A stretch of DNA of 27,885 nt from assembly GCA_039683575.1 (NCBI GenBank), contig JBDKRC010000115.1, positions 1 to 27,885 on the forward strand. The letters run 5' to 3'. The stretch is from Armatimonadia bacterium. GTDB taxonomy: Bacteria; Armatimonadota; Zipacnadia; Zipacnadales; UBA11051. The stretch's first letter is position 1. Each line of letters opens with the position of its first letter. Of the stretch, positions 1-6,900 are shown one piece after another. Below the pieces are notes generated by a model. It ran no database searches. It saw only the letters and a list, made by a program, of their open reading frames with translations, and was not told the DNA's origin. The position numbers and the translations under genes are program-made.

Positions 1-58
1 CCCTCACCTCACCCCAGCCTCTCCCCCGCAACCATGCCAGGCATGCCACCCCCGCCGT

Positions 59-143
59 GTGACCCCAACGGGGTCACCGACTATAGCCAGGGGTGAACCC
101 CTGGTCTGCGAACCACTTCCCCCATCCTGACCCCAAAGGGGTC
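59..143 (-). repeat. Three-hairpin REP-like element
   Basis: Minus strand reads GACCCC-TTT-GGGGTC ... CCAGGGG-TTCA-CCCCTGG-CTA ... GACCCC-GTT-GGGGTC. Same architecture as 12842-12923 and 13680-13761. Confidence 0.75.
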
Positions 144-181
144 GCCCGCCGTAGCCTTGGTACGAACCGCCGCCCCTCACC

Positions 182-1315
182 TCACCCCAGCCTCGCCCTC
201 AGCCACGGCACGCACACCGCCTCTTTGAACGAATGCTGCGGCACGTCCACATTGGCATACTCCAGATACTCATACATCCCCAGCCCTTCCGGCAGCGGCA
301 CGTTGTCGAACGGGCGCAGGTCCGCCGTGGCGCACTTGGGGTAGTACACCACCTCCAGCGCCTCCAACGCCCCCTGACGCTCGTACGCCCGCCGCAGCAC
401 CTGCAGGTCCTCCGTGCGCCCGCCCTCGCTGATCAGCAGCGGGCGCGGGGCCAGTGCCGCCATGAGGTCCGGGTAGTCCATCCACTCGAGCATCGCGGGC
501 ACATACTGATGGATCGACAGGCGCTCGAGGTTGGTCGCTATGGCCCGCCCGCGCCAGCTTGACATGAAGTCATTCCACACCACCGCGGCGATCTCAGGGT
601 CAAGCACCGCGAGCAGCAGCGCCGCCTTGGCCCCCAGCGAGTGCCCACTCGTCGCCACTTGCTTGCCGTCCACGAACCGCTGAACCTTCAGCCACTGCAA
701 AATCGGCAACCGGTGAAACACCGACAGGCTCTCATAGTGCCGCCCCAGCCAGAGGCCGTTCACCGAAAGCTCATACCGCTCCGGCCGCTGCGGCTCAGCC
801 TGCTCGCCTATGCCGGGGTTGTCGGTAGCGACTGCCACCATCCCCGCCCGGCAGTAATGGTAGGCCTGCCGGTTCTTGGGCCAGTGGTCATTATTGGGCG
901 GGCTGCCATCCAACTCCGGCTCCCCCGCCAGAGACTCCTTGCTCCAGTCCGACCCCGGGCAGCAGATCACCCCCGGCGCGGGGTGGGCCTCATCGCAACC
1001 GTCGGGCACGAGCACCAGAAACGGCACCACGCAAAGGGGCTCCGGATAGCACTCCCACCGCTGCAGCGTGTACCCCTCCCGCGCCTGGGACCACACCATC
1101 CGCGGCTCCGGCTGCGGCGGCACCTCAGGGAAGCTCAGAAGTTCCAGCAGCTTCTCCCGAACCAGCCCCCGCCAGCCCTCAAACGCCTCCAGCCCCGTCT
1201 CCGGGTCAAAGGCCAGCTTCGGCGCATGCGCCCTGGCGTACGCATGCAAGAAGGCCACAGAGCTAACCTGCCGCCCATCCTCACGCGAACTCTCAAACAC
1301 CGTGCGCTCAGCCAT
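182..1315 (-). CDS. Alpha/beta-fold hydrolase (dienelactone hydrolase/esterase-like), ~377 aa
   Basis: GHSLG nucleophile elbow, 'DYPDLMAALAPRPLLISEG' segment and a C-terminal His (PQHSF). ATG at 1315 has a GGAGG Shine-Dalgarno 5 nt upstream. Confidence 0.85.
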   Translation of the reverse strand: MAERTVFESSREDGRQVSSVAFLHAYARAHAPKLAFDPETGLEAFEGWRGLVREKLLELLSFPEVPPQPEPRMVWSQAREGYTLQRWECYPEPLCVVPFLVLVPDGCDEAHPAPGVICCPGSDWSKESLAGEPELDGSPPNNDHWPKNRQAYHYCRAGMVAVATDNPGIGEQAEPQRPERYELSVNGLWLGRHYESLSVFHRLPILQWLKVQRFVDGKQVATSGHSLGAKAALLLAVLDPEIAAVVWNDFMSSWRGRAIATNLERLSIHQYVPAMLEWMDYPDLMAALAPRPLLISEGGRTEDLQVLRRAYERQGALEALEVVYYPKCATADLRPFDNVPLPEGLGMYEYLEYANVDVPQHSFKEAVCVPWLRARLG

Positions 1316-1334
1316 GAGGTCCTCCCTGACCAAC

Positions 1335-1370
1335 AAAAAGGCCGGAGGCACGCTCCACCGCGCCTCCGGC
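1335..1370 (-). terminator. Intrinsic terminator-like hairpin
   Basis: 9-bp stem GCCGGAGGC/GCCTCCGGC followed on the minus strand by CTTTTTGTT. Confidence 0.65.
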
Positions 1371-1425
1371 TCTCTTCGCTATTCCCTACCTTGTCGCCGC
1401 CTGCGACGAAGGGATCATCCTCTAG

Positions 1426-1528
1426 CGCGTGGTAGGCATACTCCGTATGCCGGAACATGCTACCTCGACACGTGGCCGGAACTCGTGACCGCAACTGGAT
1501 CCGGCACACGGAGTGTGCCTACCACGCG
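1426..1528. repeat. Inverted GTAG-type REP pair (REPIN-like)
   Basis: CGCGTGGTAGGCATACTCCGTATGCCGGA (1426-1454) is inverted against TCCGGCACACGGAGTGTGCCTACCACGCG (1500-1528). Each arm is GTAG plus an internal palindrome. Confidence 0.8.
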
Positions 1529-1544
1529 ACCAGTTCCCGCCTTA

Positions 1545-1579
1545 CCTGAGCCCTGACACCTGATCCCTGACGCCTGCCG
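1545..1579. repeat. Degenerate heptamer tandem repeat (CCTGNNN x5)
   Basis: cctgagc-cctgaca-cctgatc-cctgacg-cctgccg, directly after the stop codon of the Fe-S gene. Confidence 0.6.
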
Positions 1580-2521
1580 CTACAGCTTCCAGGCCGGGCG
1601 CCGCCGGAACGGGTGCTTGAACTCGTTCTCCAGTTTGCCCTGCTCCTCCAGATGCATCATACAGGCCCGTATGCAGCCCCTGGCGCCCTCCAGAGCCCTG
1701 CCGTAGTCATACGTCGAGCCCACCTTGTACTGCTGCGCCTTGCCTACCGGCTGCGCGAAGCCCTCGGCATCCTCGGGGTTGGTCATGAAGGGATTGTACT
1801 CGGGGGACATGCCGCAGAAGTACCTGCTGCACAGGTCGTAGTCAATGTCCGCCCACTCCACGTCATAGCCCGCCAGCTTGATCTTGACGGTCTCCTTGAT
1901 CGGGATCGCGTTGCCCGTGCAGTCCCGCGCGCAGGCCATGCAGCGGTCGCAGATGGTGCCCGGCTTGATCACCGGATCCGGCTCAAGCTCGGCATCGGTA
2001 ATGATGGCGGCGAGACGCTGGCGGGGGCCGAAACGCTTGGTCAGAAGCATCTTGGACCAGCCGATTTCACCCACTCCGGCGGCCATGGCGGCGATTCGCA
2101 TGTGAACGAACACATCAGGCGCAGCGCGCCCCTCGGCGACGGGCTTGCTGAACGTGAGCCGGGGAGTCCCATCGGCTGAGGCGTTGTTGGTCCAGGGGAA
2201 ATTGTTGGGGATCGGCACTGCCTCGTAGCCCGCATCCTCGATCATCGCAGTGACGCCCCACAGCGTCATCGGCTGCAGGACGTGGTTGATGGCGGCATAG
2301 CCCATGGAGGCGTATGAGACGTAAAAAGTGCCCTCTTCAATGCCGCGGAGGCTGCCGCGGGGGATGCGGAAGCCCATCACGATCATGGACTTGGCGTCAG
2401 GAAAAATCTGGCGCGGGTCGGACTGCAGCGGGGCGCCCTCGAACCGATCCATGGAGGCGATTCCAACGACATCGGCACCCGAGGCGAGGCAGCAGTCCTT
2501 CACTTGCTGGGCATTCAACAT
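1580..2521 (-). CDS. QueG/reductive dehalogenase-like 4Fe-4S oxidoreductase (probably not true QueG), 313 aa
   Basis: 'GADVVGIA', 'AAMAAGVGEIGWSKMLLTKRFGPRQRLAAIITDAELEPD', CxxCxxCxxxC (CDRCMACARDC) and a later 'CIRACM'. AAAGGA Shine-Dalgarno upstream. Confidence 0.8.
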   Translation of the reverse strand: MLNAQQVKDCCLASGADVVGIASMDRFEGAPLQSDPRQIFPDAKSMIVMGFRIPRGSLRGIEEGTFYVSYASMGYAAINHVLQPMTLWGVTAMIEDAGYEAVPIPNNFPWTNNASADGTPRLTFSKPVAEGRAAPDVFVHMRIAAMAAGVGEIGWSKMLLTKRFGPRQRLAAIITDAELEPDPVIKPGTICDRCMACARDCTGNAIPIKETVKIKLAGYDVEWADIDYDLCSRYFCGMSPEYNPFMTNPEDAEGFAQPVGKAQQYKVGSTYDYGRALEGARGCIRACMMHLEEQGKLENEFKHPFRRRPAWKL

Positions 2522-2726
2522 AACTGATCCTTTCCCTTCAGACGGCGCTTTGGCGGTATGTTATCTGTTACGGTATGGGCGTTAAGGTGTGATTTTCGGG
2601 TCTTCAGCGGCAAGGCGGGCCAACCTGGCGATTCGCCGGAGCGCCGTTGTGCGAGCCCTAGCGGCCTGATTCCGCTATTCAATGAAATCTGCAAGTAGCG
2701 AATCATGCAGTGGGAACAGTACAGAC

Positions 2727-3054
2727 TGGCCTGAGAGCCACGTAGAGGGCCTGTTCCGGGCTTTGACCTCTCAGGCTGATCAAGTTGCGCGTTTATTGGG
2801 TCTCTCGGAGGCACTCGAAAGGTAAGGCCCGAGGATCGCCGCGCGCGAGGCCATAATCAGCTCAGCGCCGCTGTACAGCCCGTAGCGGCTACGCTCCGCT
2901 ATTTAAGGAAAACTGCAAATAGTGCCCCAAGAGGGGTCGGAAGGTCCTGCCAGAAACTTGAATCACTATCAAATGGCCCTGAGAGCGGCGTAGAGGCCCT
3001 TTTCGGGCGTTTTCCGGTTTGAGCGAGCCCGTAGTGAATCAGATTTGCAGCAGT
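2727..3054. repeat. Degenerate ~40-bp direct repeat, second copy inside a possible MITE remnant
   Basis: tggcctgagagccacgtagagggcctgttccgggcttt (2727-2764) vs tggccctgagagcggcgtagaggcccttttcgggcgttt (from 2974). Imperfect inverted ends at 2946-2968 and 3032-3054. Confidence 0.45.
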
Positions 3055-3078
3055 GGGAGGACCATGGTCCGCCCCTAC
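3055..3078 (-). repeat. Single GTAG-type REP
   Basis: Minus strand GTAGGGGCGGACCATGGTCCTCCC, same family as the GTAGGGGCGGACC(G)(T/C)GGTCCG units in the 11.5-11.9 kb array. Confidence 0.7.
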
Positions 3079-3121
3079 GGATGATGACCGGATTCGCAAG
3101 TCGAGGCGACCACATCCGACC

Positions 3122-3274
3122 CTACAAGAGCTCGGCAGCCTTCGCTACTACTACTTCCACCACCCGCCTCAGACTCTCCTCCCCAAGTTCCGAATTTGCC
3201 TTCTGAATGTATGCTATCGTTTCAGGAGTGTTGGCCCCGAGTTTGAGGAGTTCCTCCCAGCGATGTGATTTCAT
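3122..3274 (-). CDS. Small 50-aa ORF (MKSHRWEELL...), possibly a gene remnant
   Basis: Protein-like amphipathic composition and lower GC than neighbours. No clear Shine-Dalgarno. Its start codon lies within a repeat shared with 9395-9540. Confidence 0.3.
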   Translation of the reverse strand: MKSHRWEELLKLGANTPETIAYIQKANSELGEESLRRVVEVVVAKAAELL

Positions 3275-3430
3275 GGCGGGGAGGTTCGGGGGGAAGGTGG
3301 AGGATACCTTCCGGGGAGGAGAGGGGAGGAGAGGAGAGACAAGGCATACAGGATGGGCAGGATAGAGGCGAGGATGGATAGGATAAGGCAAAGGCGGGAG
3401 AGGGAGTGAGGAGGGATGGGATGGGAGAGG
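3270..3430. repeat. Purine-rich CAGGAT-containing element, homologous to 9395-9540
   Basis: Collinear shared blocks tttcatgg.g.ggaggttcgg, ggtggag, ggcatacaggatgg.caggat and ggcaaaggc. Confidence 0.65.
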
Positions 3431-3615
3431 GGCCCTGACTGGAGCGAACGTAGCGCGACTGTTGCGTTTAGGATAGGCCGGTGGTGAGCATCCTTAAGGG
3501 AGCGCGCAGATGCTTCGTTTGCAGATTAGCCCGGTGCCACGGCGCAACGCGCGTTTCTACGTCGATCGACGAGCCGACCCCGATCGAGAGCTGCGATCGG
3601 CGAAAGGATTTGCGC

Positions 3616-3780
3616 ATGTTCAGGATGTTGTGGCAAGACGAAGAGGGATTGACGACAGTTGAGTATGCCCTGCTGGTCGCACTGGTGGCCATCGCCGCAC
3701 TCGGAGCCTGGTCGCAGTTGGGAGACCCGCATATTAAGGGAGTCGCGAACAACGCCGCGAACAGCATGCCAGCCGGGTAG
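3616..3780 (+). CDS. flp: Flp/Fap type IVb pilin, 54 aa
   Basis: 'DEEG^LTTVEYALLVALVAIAALGA' prepilin cleavage and Flp motif (G-x4-EY). AAAGGA Shine-Dalgarno 7 nt upstream of the ATG. Confidence 0.9.
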   Translation: MFRMLWQDEEGLTTVEYALLVALVAIAALGAWSQLGDPHIKGVANNAANSMPAG

Positions 3781-3852
3781 GCCTGGCTGAGCGGTGAGGT
3801 GCGGTTAGGGGGGCACGGCTTCGTGAGCGTCTGGGGTGGACATGACCGGAAC

Positions 3853-3926
3853 GGGGACAGACCCCAATTTCGCATTCCGGTTTGTGGGAGGCCGAAGGGA
3901 AGGTTGCGAAATCAGGGTCAGTCCCC
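3853..3926. repeat. Inverted repeat pair (GGGGACAGACCCC-type REP)
   Basis: GGGGACAGACCCCAATTTCGCA (3853-3874) vs TGCGAAATCAGGGTCAGTCCCC (3905-3926). Confidence 0.7.
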
Positions 3927-3961
3927 ATGGGTGGGGAAGCGGTGAGGCGGATCGGGGATAG

Positions 3962-3992
3962 AAGGGCCGGCACTTTTGGTGCCGGCCCTTTT
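3962..3992. terminator. Probable bidirectional terminator between convergent genes
   Basis: AAGGGCCGGCAC-TTTTG-GTGCCGGCCCTT followed by T residues. Confidence 0.75.
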
Positions 3993-3999
3993 GCTTTGG

Positions 4000-6900
4000 C
4001 TAGAGATCGAACCAGAGGTCGGTGGTTATGTTGCGCTCGAAGGGGACGAGCATGCCCTCGGCGTAGGACCAGCCGGGAGGCTGGGTGAAGGCGGTGGGGG
4101 CAATGTCGGTGGAGACTCTGCGGCCGTCGGGCAGGGTCAGTTCGATCCAGAAGCGGCGGACTTTGAAGTAGTCGTGGCCGGGGTTGAGGAGGACGAAGAC
4201 GTTGCGGCGGTCGAGCTTCTTGATGGCCTCGGGGGTTAGCGGGATGCTGACTTTTTCGGCCCAGAGACCCTGGGTCTCACTGCCGCCAGCGGGGGCCATG
4301 TTGCCCAGCATGACGCCGTTGAGCTGGGCGAAGGAGCCGTACTGCTCGCCAGTGCCGGAGAGGCCGTTGCCGTCGTAGACGAGACGGCCGGACTTGGCGG
4401 CGCGGAGTTGGTCGACCGTGAGGCCCTTGGCGGAGAAGGGGGCGGGCTCGCGGCGGTATTGCTCGCCCTGGGCGTCCAGAAAGCGGGTGAGAGCGGGCTG
4501 GAGGGTTTCGAGGCGCATGTCGGCCCAGCAGGCCCAGTCGCCCGAGGAGTCGTCCTTGGGGCCGACGTCGGAGATCATTTTGATGCGGACCTTCTGGCCG
4601 GCCCACTTGGAGAGGTCGGCTTCGAGGGGCGTCCACTCGTGGGTGAGGACGGTTTTCTCGGCGACGATGGTGTCCTTCCCGGAGGCGTCGGTGACGGCGA
4701 GCTTGTAGAGGATGCCGTCGCCGAGGTAGCTGCCATCGGCCTTGCCGACTGAGGCGCGGAAGGCGAGGGGCTGGTTGGGGAGCGTCATCGCCTCGTACAC
4801 CGCGAAGACGTAGCCAGTGCCGTCCTGCCATGGCGGGTGCATGAAGATGGCCTGCTCGCCGACGCCGCCGACGGTGACGGCGCGGGGGACGACGTGGCCG
4901 CCGGTTTTGCCGAAGTCGGGGGTCTCGGGGGCGTTGCGGACGCACATGCCGGTGTCGTAGGCGGCGGGGAGGTCGGCGAGTTTGACGGGGGCGCGGACGA
5001 TGCGCATGCCGCGCTCGAGGGTTTGGTGGAGGTTGTTGGAGGTGATGTCCACGCGGAGGAGGGTGGCGTCTTCGGCTTGGGGTTGGCCGAGGTCGAAGGT
5101 GACCTTGGTGGGGACGTTGGGTTTGAGGGTGAGAGTCTTGGTGGTCGGTGATAACGACTGGGCCGGCTGAAGCTCGGCCCCTCCGGGGAGAGAGACGGCA
5201 AAGGGCGCGGGGGCGGCTAGGTTGCTGGTGAGGACCAACGTCAAATTGTTGCCCTGGAGGGTGGCGGTGGATTCGGTTAGGGGGACTACGGTGAAGTCGA
5301 TCCACTGGTTTTCGAACTGCTGCCAGATACGCTGGTTGGGCTTGGCGTCGGCGGGGATGGTGAAGGTGTGAGGCTGCTTGCCCTGGACGGTTACTGCTTC
5401 GCCGGCGACGACTTGGCCTCGGGAGGACTTGAGGGCTTGGGAGGGACCGCCAAGCTCTCCGGTGAGGAGGTAGCTGAAGGCACCTTCCATGGGGATGACA
5501 TACGTTAGGCCGCGCGCGGTGCGGAGGTTGGCGGCACCCATTTCCTTGCCGTCTTTGTCGAGGGCGACGGCGGAGGTGGCAGTGATGCCGAAGCCGCAGT
5601 CGGCGCCTTTGTAGGGGATGATTTCGAACTTGTTGTCGGGGAGGATGCGGCAGATGCCGATGCCGTCGGAGGCGGCGAGGGGGTGGCGGCTGAAGCGGCC
5701 GCGGCCATCTACATACAAGTACGCAGGCGTGACGCAGTAATCAGAGCGATGGGTTCCGGGGCCATTGTCGGCACTAGCGACGAATATACTGGCACCTTTC
5801 GGAGCCCAGCCGACATAGCCATTGGGTGGCAAGTCAGTCTCTCCATACCTCATGCGGTCGGATTTGTTGCCGTTCACTACCGTCTGGGTGCCGTCGGCGT
5901 AGGTGGTTACTATCTGGTTGCGTTTGTAGGCACCGCTGGCTATGGCGGCAGAGGTGTCCAGGAGGTTGCCCTTCTCGTCCATGTACTGGATGGACTTGAT
6001 GGGCTGCTGGGTGTAGCGGGAGGCTAGTTGCTGGAGCATGTAGTAGCTGCGGAGGCCGTTTTGGAAGCCGCCTTCCATCATCAGGAAGCCGGGGTGGCCG
6101 AAGGCTATTGTGGCGGCTAAGAAGCGGTCTACGTAGGTATCGCGCTCGGTGGGAGTGTCGCCGGCGGCCTCTCCCCTACCGTAGAACATCTCGGGGTTGC
6201 CCATGCCGAAGTTGCAGCAGAGGTCGTGCATTTTGCGGAGGTCGAGGTCAACCAGCCAGGGCATGTCGGGGATGTCGTAGCCGCGATCCTGAGCGTAGTT
6301 GCCATCGGTGAGGCCGCTGTACCAGAAGTGGTGGTTGCCTTCGGAGTAGACCGGGCCCTGCCAGGCATTCTTCTGGTGGAGCATGATTTCGCCGTAGGCG
6401 TAGAAGGTGTCGGCGAAGGTTCCGGCGCCGGGGACGCGGGCGTCGTAGTCGGTGCGGTCCCACGGCGCGACGGCGGTGTGGACGTCGCAGTAGGCGGTGC
6501 TGAAGTGGAACTTGCTTTGGATGATCGGAGCGAGTTTGGCGCAGTATTCGACGGCGCGGGTGGGCTTGGGGGCGTAGCAGCGCATCCAGGCGGAGCCGAG
6601 CTGGTTTTGGGGCGTGCGGGAGATGAGGTCGTAGGACCAGAATTCGTTGACCGGGGCGAAGTCGGTGTAGTTGTTGTAGGGGCCGTAGACGAAGCCGAGC
6701 TTGTCCTGCATGAGGCGGGCGTAGTCGATCTGGCCCTGGTCGCCGCCCTTGCCGGGGGCGGTGCGGGTGCGGAAGGTAAAGCTTTCGCCACCGTCGCGCC
6801 AGCCGGTTTCGTGGTCGGTGATGAGGCACTCGCGCATGCCGTAGCGCCAGACGTTGGTCCAGTAGGCGGCGTCGGACTCGCGGTTGGAGGCACCGTGGGC

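Noticed and set aside
2522-3120. Confident oriC or dif call
   Set aside because: No DnaA boxes, dif consensus or dnaA/parAB genes are visible. Reported only as a skew anomaly.
3440-3615. c-di-GMP riboswitch upstream of flp
   Set aside because: Neither the GEMM-I (GGCAAA...GAAA...CGCAAA) nor the class II consensus elements could be found.
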